Below, in pieces: positions 13,080 to 26,862 of a DNA stretch of 64,000 nucleotides. Numbering within the stretch: the stretch's first letter is position 1; each line of letters begins with the position of its first letter. A model generated the notes under the pieces. The model ran no database searches, was not told the DNA's origin, and saw nothing but the letters and a program-made list of their open reading frames with translations. The stretch is taken from NCBI GenBank assembly GCA_951406725.2, contig OX597824.1, positions 28,086,001-28,150,000 of the forward strand, written 5' to 3'. Origin of the DNA: Octopus vulgaris. Its lineage: Eukaryota. The position numbers were made by a program, and so were the translations under genes.

Positions 13080-13990
13080 GCCCGTATACTCCACCATACC
13101 CTACGCCTCATTCAAAACCAAGGCGGGATCCGAGGCGACATCGCCTGGCCACAAACGATATTCCTCGTTGAGTCCCTGCAGCCTAAACCCGACTCCCGGC
13201 AATATTCCGCTTCTCTTTCTCTTTTTCATTTTTCTCTCAGCTGAGGGTGGGTGCGTCTCCTCCGTGACCTGGAGATTCCCCCTCCCCTCCCTCATCCCCA
13301 GGATCCTTCGGTGAGAACCCATTATTGCTCACTTTCTTCCTCTAGCGGCCCTTCCCTGAGGAGTCCTCCATCTCTTCAGCCGCCTTCGTTCCCTCTTCTA
13401 CAGAGGCCTCAATTGACTGCTCCATGCCTTTGCTTTGTTCCTGAGTACAGGTTTTCTTTATATGGCCAGGCTCAGGACACCGATGACACTTAGGGGGCGG
13501 GGGCGACCCTCAATAATCACTCGGCTATTTTCACCCCTCTGGGTTGTCAAACAGCAATCACACCGTTGCATGCTAGACTGCCCTAGAGATATACTTATTG
13601 GTTGGCAGATGTTCCACCAACTTCTGCTTAATTATCTGCTTGGAGAAGACGGCAATGATGTCGAGAACCTTCGAATACGTTCTCAACACCACCGTCCTCT
13701 TCTCTTGCTGTCTAAGTCACTCTTTTAGGTGGGAGAATCTCCCACTCTACAATCTTATCCGTATTTTTTGCCATGTTTTAAATTAAAAATAAAAAAGTTC
13801 AAAACAAAATTGAAAAAAAAGAAAGGGGGGGATTCAAAGGAAAACAAAAGGGAATAATAATAAAACCAAACAGTTCAATAAAAAAAGGCAGAATAGATAA
13901 AGAAGAAAACAAAAGTTCAAAAGAAAACACAGCAAAAAATCTTCTGGTCATTCAGGTACTCCAAGAACTATAGTACTCCTATTAGAACCT
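13080..13990 (-). mobile_element. Degenerate LINE 5' region with ORF1-like pseudo-ORF (Tx1/L1-like), copy 1
   Basis: Homologous to 56160-56960. Minus-strand translation from ATG ~13774 gives MAKNTDKIVEWEILPPKRV..QEKRTVVLRTYSKVLDIIAVFSKQII..KYISRAV*HATV with stops and frameshifts. The clade assignment is inference. Confidence 0.55.
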
Positions 13991-14078
13991 GGACTGATCC
14001 ACTTGAAATATATGTGTGAGTGTGTGTATGTGTGTGTGCGCGTGTATGTCTTTGTGTCTGTGTTTGCCCTCCTACTAT

Positions 14079-14146
14079 CACCCACCTTGTGGCACCCACC
14101 TTGTGGCACCCCCCTTGTGGCACCCACACTGTGGCACCCACCTTGT
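14079..14146 (+). repeat. 14-bp minisatellite (cacccaccttgtgg) x~5
   Basis: Direct reading. Confidence 0.9.
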
Positions 14147-14255
14147 TCGCTGTTCTACATATACTTTTCTGTGACTTTTATGTATGCCTTCGCAGACTTC
14201 CAGTTTTGTGCGCACATGCAATTTAGAATATCTAGCAAAGTGTTTTATTTAATAA

Positions 14256-14612
14256 TAAGCAGTATCGCCCGGCGTTGACGGGTTTGTAAGGGAAATAACT
14301 ATATAAGCATTTTTAGAGAGTTATAGCCAAAAAATAGCAAAAAAATGCATTAAAAATGGAAAAAAAAATTATGGTAATTTTTTTTTTAAATCGTTGACTC
14401 ATCGTAGACATTTTTAGAGAGTTACTTCCCTTATATAATAGCGAAAAAAATGCATTAAAATGGAAAAAAATCGTAGACTCATCGTAGACGCGCGCTAATA
14501 CCCAGAAGGGCTCGATATGAATCACGACTATAAGATACCCGGTTTTGGTTAAACGGCACCGCAAAATGTGTGAGTAGTTAGGAATCTAAAACTTGACTTT
14601 TATATACAAAGA
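14256..14612 (-). mobile_element. Non-autonomous Helitron-like element
   Basis: Minus strand starts A^TCTTTGTATATAAAAG. Subterminal hairpin cccg...cggg (14268-14282) lies ~10 nt from a CTTA^T end (degenerate CTRR). Internal repeats: catttttagagagtta x2 and gactcatcgtagac x2. Confidence 0.6.
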
Positions 14613-15438
14613 TTTTCAACATCATTTCAATACTATTTGGAAATCTTCTCAGAAATTTACCTCGCGAATAACATGGAAATGTTATTGGAATCCTCATTTG
14701 CATGTTCGGCCTCCGCTCTAAATATTAAAAAATATCAAAATATGACGAAAGTCATGGACTCTCCACTACTTGCGGAAGCGTATGTGGAGCGTGACATTTT
14801 CGTGGAAGGAAAAAGACTTTGTATGGTGATCAGTTTTGCGTGTATTGGTTGATATGGGAATCTTGACGCTGTTATAAATCCCTGGATTACGGAAGGTAGT
14901 GCTACTTTTGGGGATTTTGAGAAGCGAGCACGATCAGATCGGAAAATCAGAGACATGAACCCAGCTGTTCATGAAACCTGTGTTCTTACAGTCCTGCAAT
15001 GCAAATGCGAAACGTGAACAACTAACAAGCACCATTACGAGTAGTTGGAAAGAGTTGTATCCAGCATTGTATACAGCGAAAAATCACGGCTCCTCTGATT
15101 TTGCTCTACTTGACAGTGTTGTCAGCTGCAGTATTGAGAAAAGAATAAATTTTGAAACAGATGCTTTCGTCTGCTCATGTCCGCAGGGTAGAATTGGGTA
15201 CGCAACTCGAGCAGTTACGTTACTGAGAGTTGACCAGAGAGAAAAGGTCGCAGCACAACTGTAGAAAAACGTTGAGGTACATCATAAAACGGCTGGAAAA
15301 GATCTAAATACAGTTACACATTATAGTGTGTAAATATTAGTTTAAGAATGGCCTATGCAGTCATCGACAACCGGAAGATTTATAAACTCAATATTTACAA
15401 GCTATTATATATACAAGGCTGCAAAATTCATGACGTCA

Positions 15439-15480
<42 letters not shown>

Positions 15481-16145
15481 GTATATCCACACAGACACAC
15501 AAACATATATATATATTATGTATATATATAAGCACATAACCAACATACACACACACACACATATATATGTATATATATGTATATACACACACACACAGAC
15601 ATACATACAAATGTATATATATATAAATAAATAACTTACATACACACACATATATATCTACATACACTCATACATATGTATATATATTTATATATATAAA
15701 CACATAACTTACATACACACATATATATCTACACACAGACACTCATACATATGTATATATATAAACACATAAGCTACACACACACATACACACATGCACA
15801 CACACATACATGTATATATATATTCATATATTTAAACGTATACATGCATAAACACGAACACACGAACAGGGACAATTCTACTCTAGCGACATCACTGATA
15901 AAATGAAAAACAGAAGAAATAACAATAGATGGAAGGAAATCTTCATAGGGAAAACTGTTATAGTTCAATAATTATTCTAATACGGGATGCAATAAATTCA
16001 TTATAAAATATAATCTCGAGAACAGATTTAATTGTTTTTTTCCCGTACTTTATTCGCTGTTACATATACATCACCTGTATTATTTATTGTCTTATATTTG
16101 GTTCTCCATCTTAGTTCGCTATCCTCTTCTATCACACGCCCCCAC

Positions 16146-16476
<331 letters not shown>

Positions 16477-16481
<5 letters not shown>

Positions 16482-17172
16482 CTAATGTAGGATAAAAATT
16501 TTTTTCGGGAAAAATATTTCATCAATCGCCTGCATATCAAAAAATACCGTTAAAGGTGAAGTTTATAAATAATTTACAATAATTCTAATGTCAAATATGC
16601 CGAAAAAAAGACAAAAATTGTCAATTAACCATTATAATTTATGCGTCTCAAAAGAAAAAGATAGAAATTTCTAAAAAATTCGTTATGACTGTATTGGACC
16701 AACTTCGGAGTTAATTCATAAGAATGTTCTCCTCTTCAGCGGCAAATACGCGAATTATAAGTGAAATACTTACTCATACCCATGGAAAAAGTAAACACCA
16801 AGTCCCAAGCAGACCTAAGTACCCGAAATATATCCAAATTAGAAAATCTTCGGCACGTCTCGACGCACGTATGATTCGAACTAGAAACTTTCACAGAGTG
16901 ATAGAATCCGAAAATGAACAATAATCAATTTATAACTAATGTATGATAAATTTTTTTTCGGGAAAAAAATTTCGTTAATGGCCAGCATATCAAAAAATAC
17001 ATTTAAAGGTGAAATTTATAAATAAGTTACGATATAAGGGCAAAAGAAAAATTCTAATGGCAAATATGCAGAAAAAAGACATAAATTGTCAATTAACCAT
17101 TATAATTTATGCTTCTCGAACAAACCGATACAAATTTCTAAAACATTCGTTATTACAGTATTGGACAATTTT
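16477..17172 (-). mobile_element. ~453-bp-period partial tandem repeat carrying a hammerhead (PLE pLTR or retrozyme-like; family H2)
   Basis: tataactaatgta(g/t)gataaa... occurs at ~16477 and ~16931. The two copies align for ~230 bp up to gtattggac. The repeat abuts (TA)n on the left and the 90-bp satellite on the right. Confidence 0.65.
16691..16749 (-). ncRNA. Type I hammerhead ribozyme motif (partly degenerate)
   Basis: Minus strand: GUAUUugccG-CUGAAGA-GGAG(18-nt loop)CUCC-GAAg-uug-GUC-CAAUAC. Stem II is perfect and the triplet is GUC. A15.1 is G here, while the second copy reads aaaa-uu-GUC-CAAUAC. Confidence 0.55.
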
Positions 17173-19405
17173 GAGTACACACGATTACCTAGAAATAGCA
17201 GTCAAATCTCTTTCGAATCACACCATGTCTCAAAGGAAGGACACTTTCGATATTGCAGCTTTGGGTACACATGATTACCTAGAAATAGCTGTCAAATCTC
17301 TTTCGAATCACACCATGTCTAAAAGGAAGGACACTTTCGATATTGCAGCTTTGGGTACACACGATTACCTAGAAATAGCAGTCAAATCTATTTCAAATCA
17401 CACCATGGCTCAAAGAAAGGACACTTTCGATATTGCAGCTTTGTGTACACACGAATTCCTAGAAATAGCAGTCAAATCTATTTCGAATCACACAATGTCT
17501 CAAAGGAACAACACTTTCGATATTGCAGGTTTATGTACACACGATTACCTAGAGATAGCAGTCAAATCTCTTTCGAATCACACCATGTCTCAAAGGAAGG
17601 ACACTTTCGATAGTGAAGCTTTGGGTACACACAATTACCTAGAAATAGCAGTCAAATCACTTTCGAATCACACCATGTCTCAAAGGAATGACACTTTCGA
17701 TATTGTGGCTTTAGGTACACGCGATTACCTAGAAATAGCAGTTAAATCTCTTTTGAATCACACCATGTCTCAAAGGAAGGACACATTCGATATTGCAGCT
17801 GGAGGTACACACAATTACCTAGAAATAGCAGTCACATCTAGTTCGAATCACAGCATGTCTTAAAGCAAGGACACTTTCGATATTGCAGGTTTATGTACAC
17901 ACGATTACTTAGAAATAGCAGTCAAATCTCTTTCGAATCACACCATGTCTCAAAGGAAGGACACTTTCGATATAGCACCTTTGGGTACACATGATTACCA
18001 AGAAATAGCAGTCAAATCTCTTTCGAATCACACCATGTCTAAAAGGAAGGACACTTTCGATATTGTGGCTTTGGGTACACGTGATTACCTAGAAATAGCA
18101 GTCAAATTTCTTTCGAATCACACCATGTCTCAAAGGAAGGACACATTCGATATTGCAGCTGGGGGTACAGACGGTTACCTAAAAATAGCAGTCAAATTTC
18201 TTTCGAATCACACCATGTCTCAGAGGAAGGAAACTTTTCATATTGCAGCTCTAAGTACACACGATTACTTAGAAATAGCAGTCAAATCTCGTTCGAATCA
18301 GACCATGTCTCAAAGGAAGGACACTTTCCATATTGCTGCTTTGGGTACGCACAATTACCTAGAAATAGCAGTCACATGTATTTCGAATCACAGCATGTCT
18401 TAAAGGAAGGACAATTTCGATATTGCATGTTTGGGTACACGCGATTACCTAGAAATAGCAGTCAAATATCTTTCGAATCACACCATGTCTTAAAGGAAGG
18501 ACACTTTCGATATTGTAGCTTTGGGTATACCCGGTTACCTAAAAATAGCAGTCAAATTTCTTTCGAATCACACAATGTCTTAAAGGAAGGACACTTTCGA
18601 TATTGCAGGTTTTCTTACACACGAATACCTAGAAATAGCAGTCAAATCTATTTCGAATCACACCATGTCCTTAAAAAAGTACAGTTTCGATATTGCAAGT
18701 TTAGGTACACACGATTACCTAGAAATAGCAGTCAAATCTATTTCGAATCACATCATGTCTTAAAGGAAGGACATTTTCGATATTGCAACATTGGGTACAC
18801 ACGATTACCTAAAACTAGCAGTCAGATCTCTTTCGAATCACACCAGGTCTTAGAGGAAGGACACTTCGATATTGCAGGTTTAGGTACACACGATTACCTA
18901 GAAATAGCAGTCAAATCTCTTTCGAATCACACCATGTTTCAAATGAAGGACACTTTCCATATTGCAGCTTTGGTTACACACGTTTACCTAGAAAGAGCAA
19001 TCAAACTCTTTCGAATCACACCATGTCTCAAAGGAAGGACATTTTCGATATTGAAACTTTGGGTACACACGATTAACTAGAAATAGCAGTCAAATCTCTT
19101 TCGAATCACATCGTGTCACAAAGGAAGGACACTTTCGATATTGCAGCTTTTGGTACAGATGAATACCTAGAATTAGCAGTCAAATCTCTTTCGAATCACA
19201 CCATGTCTCAAAGGAAGGACACTTTCTCTATTGCAGCTTTGGGTACACACGATTACATAGTAATAGCAGTCAAATCTCTTTTGAATCACACCACATCTTA
19301 AAGGAATGACCCTTTGGATATTTCAGCTTTGGGTACTCACGATTACCTAGAAATAGCAGTCAAATCTCTTTCGAATCACATCATGTCTCAAAGGAAAGAC
19401 ACTTT
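17173..19405 (+). repeat. 90-bp tandem satellite, ~25 copies
   Basis: Unit gggtacacacgattacctagaaatagcagtcaaatctctttcgaatcacaccatgtctcaaaggaaggacactttcgatattgcagcttt. The 30-aa periodicity in the ORF track confirms the 90-nt unit. Confidence 0.95.
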
Positions 19406-19809
19406 TGGTGTATGTATAGGCAGATTGAATGACAGAATGACAGACAGACAATCACATGAGTAGACAGGCACAGCGATAGACAGACTGATCGATCCATCGA
19501 TAGATAGATATATAGGTGTAGTGAGAGGGAAACGTGAGCGGTAGAAACCGAGTCTGTTGAGACACTTTGACCTAGACAAGCCTACACTCAAAGAATCTTG
19601 GTCATAGAGACCCATGCAATATTGTACGCCATCTCGTTCAATTAATCGTTAAATGAAACGCTTTCAGTATATTTCTGTTCGGGGCTTCTATCGTTTGAAA
19701 CACATGCACACTATTACAGGCATCAACCACGTGACTCGCTAATTTCCTTCTCATTATTTCCATATTGTTGTTGTTTGCTCTTTGCGTTTAACTTCTGTCA
19801 CACACACAT

Positions 19810-20038
19810 ACCTATTTCTTTACTACCCACAAGGGGCTAAACACAGAGGGGGACAAACAAGAACAGACAAACGGATTAAGTCGATTACATCGACCCCAGT
19901 GAGTAACTGGTACTTAATTTATCGACCCCGAAAGGATGAATGGCAAAGTCGACATCGGCGGAATTTGAACTCAGAACGTAACGGCAGACGAAATACGGCT
20001 ACGCATTTCGCCCTAACTGTTCTGCCAGCTCACTGCCT
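19810..20038 (-). mobile_element. SINE family A (tail A1)
   Basis: Reverse complement of the family-A sequence, with a small deletion in the head. Confidence 0.85.
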
Positions 20039-20047
20039 TTCTGTCAT

Positions 20048-20089
<42 letters not shown>

Positions 20090-20128
20090 GTGTGTGTGAG
20101 TGTGTGTGTGTATGTATGTGTGTGTATA

Positions 20129-20180
<52 letters not shown>

Positions 20181-20778
20181 ATGTATGTATTTGTAATGCA
20201 ATATAGCATTTCATATAATCATTTGGCTATCACAAACTTTTTCCTCTAGAATACTCGTGTAATAGATTACATTGTAGCCGAATACAAAGGAGTATAATGC
20301 AGAGTGTCACCCAACTGAAATCGAGGACCTCCATTTGATGAAATTATTTCATGGGAGATACATAACCCATAGGGTTACGGCTGTTCCGTAGCCTTCATCA
20401 TATAAAGTTAATTTCATTGTATAATATATGTACAGTATTTTACACGCACTTTGCAAAACAAATGTATCTTTACAAATTAATGCAGATAAAGAAATCTAGC
20501 ACATCATTTTTCCAAAAGACTTTGGTTACATCACTGCCTCAACTTGGAGTCTCTTTTAAATAATATACTTCCGTTCGAAATAAAGCGAAACATTGGAATA
20601 TATAATCGTTCAAAGAGAGAAAAATGAACGGGGGAAACGGTAAAAATTCGCTGAGATCATCTTTTAACTCAGCTCTGTCCAGTCAAGACTGATTTAAACG
20701 TATACAAAAAGGAACTTGTGCTGAAAAGAAACAATAAGTAAATAAATAAATAAATAAAGAAATAAAGAAAGAAAGAAA

Positions 20779-20819
<41 letters not shown>

Positions 20820-21447
20820 TAAGAAAGAAAGAAAGAAAGAAAGAAAGAGATAGAGAAGCAGTTATGAAAATGGATTTGTAATGCTCGTAACGTCAGCTCA
20901 CAGCAATTGAAATCCAGCATCCGGTTTCGATTCTCGCCCAAAAGATTTTTTTACTTCTCGGTCAGACATATAAATTACTCGGCAAACCCATTCTTTGTTT
21001 CCATTTTCATTTAGTGGACGTGAATATGTTACATTAAGAAAGGCATCAAAATACTGCCGTCCCATTTGTCTTCACATTAGGTATGATATAAAACAACGCA
21101 CAAAACAATTTCGGGCAGACTTCATTCATATTTAAAGTGACATTTAATTTGATTGATGTCTTTGACCATGGGCGTGCTAATGGGACTGAATCTTGTCACA
21201 TGGAACAATACAGATGGAGAGATAGGTAAGACGTTAGAACAATAACTTCTGGGAATGAGAACGTTGAACACACGTCTTTTTCCCCTCTCTTTCTCCTCCT
21301 GACTGTAACGCTCGCCATATTTCTCCGCTATGCATGTGCAAATGCGCGTGTCACGAAGTTGGACAGAGAAACACACACGCACAGAAGCGCATAAAATTAG
21401 AGGAACGTGTACTTAAGTTTCAAGTTTCATATATACAAATATATATA

Positions 21448-21502
<55 letters not shown>

Positions 21503-21618
21503 ATAAAGACATGCATGTATGCACACAGACGCACGCACCCACAAATATATCCAATCACATATGTGTATATACATGTATATGAATCTCTCTCTCTCTCCCT
21601 ATATATATATATATATAC

Positions 21619-21684
<66 letters not shown>

Positions 21685-22057
21685 ATACACACGTGCGCAC
21701 ACACACATACACATGCATATTTAGATATATGTATGTTTATATACTTCAAGTTCATACAAAAATATACACACGCACAAAATCATATATCAGTTGGAATCCC
21801 AAATTACGAAGTTATCCTGACCTCATTCACAACACATTTGCATCTTTAACAACACACACTCTGTTAACTACCGTATACATTACAGTGCACTGCATGATAG
21901 AATCTGTAGGGCATCAAAGAAAGTACTAAACTGGATTTATTACGTATCGTTGCTGAATTAGTTGAAATGGCACTGCAGAAAATCTGCTACTCATAATTTT
22001 GGCTTTGATAATCTAACTGTGGATTTTGTACGAGATTCGACAAACCTAAATCCTATA

Positions 22058-22258
22058 ATTGGTTTCATATTTTGGCTCAAGGCCAGAAATTTTGGGGGAG
22101 GGTGTGTTTCGATTACATTGACTCCATTCCTCAGTTGGCACATATTTTATCGGCATCGAAAGATGAAATCAAAGTCGACAATGGCGGAATTAGGTCTCAG
22201 GTCGTTAACACGGACAAAATGCCGCTAGGCATTTCGCGCTAACGATTCTGACAGCCCG
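22058..22258 (-). mobile_element. SINE family A (tail A2), diverged
   Basis: ggtttcatattttggctcaaggccagaaattttgggg...caaagtcgacaatggcggaatt...gctaacgattctgacagc. Confidence 0.65.
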
Positions 22259-22365
22259 TAACTCCTATTATCACGATCGATATTTCGATAGAACTATGTT
22301 AGACATTAAGTGTGACATTGAAATGAAATTTGTGTTACAAGCAAGCAACCAAAAAGTATCACTTA

Positions 22366-22662
22366 CTCTTATTTCTGTATTGCCCACAAGGGGCTAAACA
22401 TAGAGGGGACAAACAAGAACAGAAAGTAACGGCAGACGAAATACGGTTACGCATTTCGCTCGGTGTGCTAACGTTTCTTATTTCTTTATTGCCCACATGG
22501 GGCTAAACGTAGAGGAGACAAACAAGGACAGACAAACAGACTAAGTCGATTACATTGACCCCAGTGTGTAACTGGTATTTATTTAATCGACCCCCGGCAG
22601 GATGAAAGGCAAAGTCGACCTCGGCAGAATTTGGACTCAAAACGTAAAGGCAGACGAAATTC
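22366..22662 (-). mobile_element. Two tandem partial SINE A1 copies
   Basis: The tail tatttct(g/t)tattgcccaca(a/t)ggggctaaac occurs twice (~22370 and ~22479). Confidence 0.75.
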
Positions 22663-22741
22663 CAGTAAAACTCACGAGGTCGCAGAGCAGAGTTTTAACC
22701 ACCGATACAAAATAGTAATTGAAACTATAGTAACACAGTAT

Positions 22742-23038
22742 TGTTTGTTCCTTCTCGAGCCACACCTACTTCCCGGTTTCCCGGTTTCCTTGGCATATAG
22801 GTTCCTCACCTGGACGGGACGCCTGTCCGTCGCAGGGGAGCTGCTAGATGCAGGAGGAAAGAGTGAGAGAAAGTTGTGGCGAAAGAGTCAGCAGACGTTT
22901 CGCCATTACCTTCTGCCGGAGCCGCGTGGAGCTTAGGTCTTTCGCTCATAAACACGCACATCGCCCGGTCTGAGATTCGAATCCGCGACCCTTCGACCGC
23001 GAGTCCGCTGCTCTAACCACTAGGCCCTGTGCCTCCAC
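22742..23038 (-). mobile_element. SINE with family-C head and an alternative tail, 13-bp TSD
   Basis: Flanked by agtaacacagtat (22729-22741) and agtaatacagtat (23039-23051). The head and body match 12610-12788 but the tail differs. Confidence 0.8.
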
Positions 23039-23148
23039 AGTAATACAGTATATATTATATAAAATTGTATACAGAGTATCAAAAAATAGCAATTGAATAT
23101 AGACTCATTCGGAAGTACCTATTTGTAAATTAGTATTTATAGTAGTAG

Positions 23149-23453
23149 GAGCATTCCGTCGCTTACGACGACGATTGTCAAAATTGATATGATGAACGGC
23201 ACAGCATGCTGTTGAAATTAACGCGCAGGTAGCTGAGCACTCCACAGACACGTGTACCCTTAACGAAGTTCTCAGGGAGTATGATTAAGTTGGCCGTTTG
23301 AAATACAGGTACTACTTATTTTTGCCAGCTGAGTGGACTGGTGCAACCGGAAATAAAGTGCCTTGCTCAAGGACACAACGCATCGCCGAGAATTGAACTC
23401 ACTACTTTACGATCGTGAGCGGAATGCCCTAACCACTAAGCTACGCGCCTTTA
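23149..23453 (-). mobile_element. SINE (head D + tail C)
   Basis: Same architecture as 7525-7849, in the opposite orientation. Confidence 0.75.
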
Positions 23454-23479
23454 CTTTAATTTAGTATTTCTGTGTAATA

Positions 23480-23650
23480 GGCGCAGGAGTGGCTGTGTGG
23501 TAAGTAGCTTGCTAACCAACCACATGATTCCGGGTTCTTTCCCACTGCGTGGCATCTTGGGCAAGTGTCTTCTACTATAGCCTCGGGCCGACCAATACCT
23601 TGTGAGTGGATTTGGTAGACGGAAACTGAAAGAAGCCTGTCGTATATATG

Positions 23651-23692
<42 letters not shown>

Positions 23693-23845
23693 TGTGTCTG
23701 TGTTTGTCCCCCTAGCATTGCTTGACAACCGATGCTGGTGTGTTTACGTCACTTAGCGGTTCGGCAAAAAGAGACCGATAAGAATAAGTACTGGGATTAC
23801 AAAGAATAAGTCCCGGGGTCGATTTGCTCGACTAAAGGCGGTGCT
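23480..23845 (+). mobile_element. SINE family B, 3' tail truncated
   Basis: ggcgcaggagtggctgtgtggtaagtagcttgct...gatttgctcgactaaaggcggtgct. Confidence 0.85.
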
Positions 23846-24006
23846 GCTTAAAAGAAAAAAAAAAAGAATATGCGTAATTTCAGACTATGATAAAATAATG
23901 AAACTCAGTGCATGATGAAAAATCGAGTCCTGCATTCGTTGTCGGAATACAAGAGGAATCTCAGTATACAAGTGATTACACGAAATGTACCTCAAAGTTT
24001 TTAAAC

Positions 24007-24077
24007 TTTGATTTTTGATTTTTTGATTTTTCCGGTTTCAGCTCATGAGCTGTGTCCATGCTGGGGAACCGCCATTT
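24007..24077 (-). mobile_element. LINE 3' terminus (same terminal motif as 47228-47270)
   Basis: RC aaatggcggttccccagcatggacacagctcatgagctgaaac followed by an (AAAATC)n-like tail. Confidence 0.7.
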
Positions 24078-24598
24078 AAAAAATTTTCACTAGATCATTT
24101 GTAATTTCTGGAAGAAATTTGAAATCACCACCTATGTGTTGTATTACTATTTCTCAACACCCATGCCTACTGGGCCACCAAAGCAGCAATGATCTTACTT
24201 ATTTATTCAATAAATTATTTATTTTCTTTCAGTTGTGGCACAATTCGATTTTGCTTTTGGAGAATATTTCGCTTCACACTCTAAAAAAAAAGAATAGTTT
24301 AAAAAAGATTTAAAAAATAAAGACTCTTTCAACACAAATGAAAGAAAGTTTATGGCTTGCGGCTAAGTATACTAATAACCCGGATGTTAATGGTTTCTAA
24401 ACGGCATGATTTATCGACTTGTTACAGATTTACAAACTGTCAGATGCATAAAGGAGAAAGAGAAAAATGATGTTTGTTGAACTTCACACCTTTTCTTTGC
24501 AATGTTTGTTAGACGATACTGACGAAACAAACGGACAATCAAATACATACTAGAACAGAAATATGTTTACACACACACACACACACACGCACATATAT

Positions 24599-24645
<47 letters not shown>

Positions 24646-24761
24646 ATATTTGTATATATATATAATGTATATATATATATATATATATATATAATGTATA
24701 TATATATATAATGTATATATATATATAATGTATATATATATATAATGTATATATATATATA

Positions 24762-24818
<57 letters not shown>

Positions 24819-25995
24819 TTTGGTGTAACTTCTTGACCTCTGTCTGTAAATAGGAATCGTTCGTGAGTGTATGTATGAATGTCTAATTCTGTCTTTGTTT
24901 CTATATACGAATATATTTACGCATGCGTATATATGGTTTATTTATTTATTTTATTTATTTATTATTTGTTTTTTTTTTGTCTTTCACTTGTTTCAGACAT
25001 TGGATCACGACCACGATGGAGCACTTCCTTGAAGTGCTTAGTTGAACAAATCGCTCGCCCCTAATTATATATTTATGCTCTGTATATATTCTATCGGCCG
25101 TCTTTATCGAAACGTTTAGTTTACGGAAGGCATAAATAAACCAACACCGGTCGTCTAACGGGTGGGATATGCGAACTTTCGAAATAAATGTTGACAGTGA
25201 CTTGGAGGTTTCTGTTCCATCGTTTTGATATGATTCAATAATGAATAAGTACTCTACATGCTTATATAACGACACATCAAAGGAATTCAATACACAGTCC
25301 CTCACTGTAACTGAAATTGAAATTTGTCAAATATGTGGGACGAGTCTCAACTTCGAGTACTTTCAGCAAAGTTACATTCTGTACACTTAATTTGAGTGTT
25401 AACTTCTTGAGTTAGCCGTATACAATATCATATACATTTATATAGACCTATATACTTACATTTTAGGTTACTTTTCAGAGGGTTTTGTGCGTCATTTTAG
25501 GCCTTCCTCGTTTGTGTGAGACCTGCGTGAGCTCGCCGTACAACAGTTTTCTGGGTACACGGTACTCAGTCATTCTTATGACATGGACAGTCTACCGTAA
25601 CTGAGCCTTCAGCGACATTTACTCAATGCTTATTGAACAAACTCTGTCCAGCATTTCTTGATTTGTCACACTGTCCTGTCACCCAATGAATAGTCAAGTA
25701 CAAATATTGAGATATTTATATCAATACAACCAAACGACAGGCAAATTAAAGGTGTCGAAGAAATGTGGTATGAGTCCAATATCTGTTTCTGGAGGCTCAG
25801 AAATCCATTATACTTTTCGTAGATGTAGTTCATCGCAATAAGCAGCCGGGATGCAAACAATCCACATTGGATATGACGAAACTACGTCATCAGAGTAGAA
25901 AGGATCTAACATTTTAGATATTAATGAAGAGTTCAAAGATTTCATTTTCATTGGTAATTATTACAAGGAAGCATTTAATATTTATATTTATAATA

Positions 25996-26200
25996 AGGCG
26001 GTGAACTAGCAGAATGGTTAGCACGCCAGGCAAAATGTTTAGTGATATTTCGTCCGTCTCCACGTTCTGATTCCAAATTCTGCCGAGGTCAGCTTTGTGT
26101 TTTATCCTTTCAGGGTCAATAAAATAAATACCAGTTGAGCACTGCGGTTCATGTAATCGACTTAAGCCCTTCCCAGATCTTTCTGTCCTGAAACCAATGT
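25996..26200 (+). mobile_element. SINE family A (A2), diverged
   Basis: aggcggtgaactagcagaatggttagcacgccaggc...tatcctttcagggtcaataaaataaataccag. Confidence 0.7.
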
Positions 26201-26862
26201 TTATATTACCAATTAGCTAAGCATATTGTTTTTGGTTTTTTTCAGCGTCTAAAGTTTGGAAAGCAGTGTTTACTTGAGTTCGATTTGACGTTCGAACACA
26301 AACGTGACAGGCTTTTCTTTTGCAAACTAAGAATTTTTCACCCAACACCCTTTTCTTTCTTGATACTCATGTCCAACATAAACACCGTGCTTCAAACGTA
26401 AATGATAGGACGTAGTCGATACATGAAACTCCAGTGTTTGAGTGAAACATTATCCTATTATTCTCAGAAGGTTGAAGGAAAGATATTGATTTTGGCGTCA
26501 TTTTGAAACCAGAATGATAAGTGAAGTAGCTAAAGGCGCTAAACAACCTTTTCCATCCTCCATGGATTCAAACATAGTAACAGTTCATTACGGAGGCAAA
26601 GCTGAAAGGAACGATCAATTTTATTGGACCCAGTCCTTGACTTATCCCTTTATCACGGTATCGACTAAACTATCAGGTGTTGTTATATATCGCTGTTCAC
26701 AATGCGTTTCGCCGTATTTTGGCTTACGAATGACACCACCTCACTGGCTCAGGTGAGCAGGAAAAAGTACCCTGATTGGAAGGCTATTATTCGATTACAG
26801 AGTTATTACCCTGATCGGAAGGCTATTGTTCTATTGCAGATTGGAAGGCTATTATTCTATTA

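Noticed and set aside
17009-19301. ORFs with 30-aa repeats; also a CRISPR-like appearance
   Set aside because: The 90-bp unit is a multiple of 3, and common variants create stops and frameshifts in different frames. There are no unique spacers or cas genes, and the context is eukaryotic.
25873-25893. CTGATGA (minus strand) near GAAAC
   Set aside because: The two motifs are on opposite strands; this is only a small hairpin (atgacg/cgtcat).
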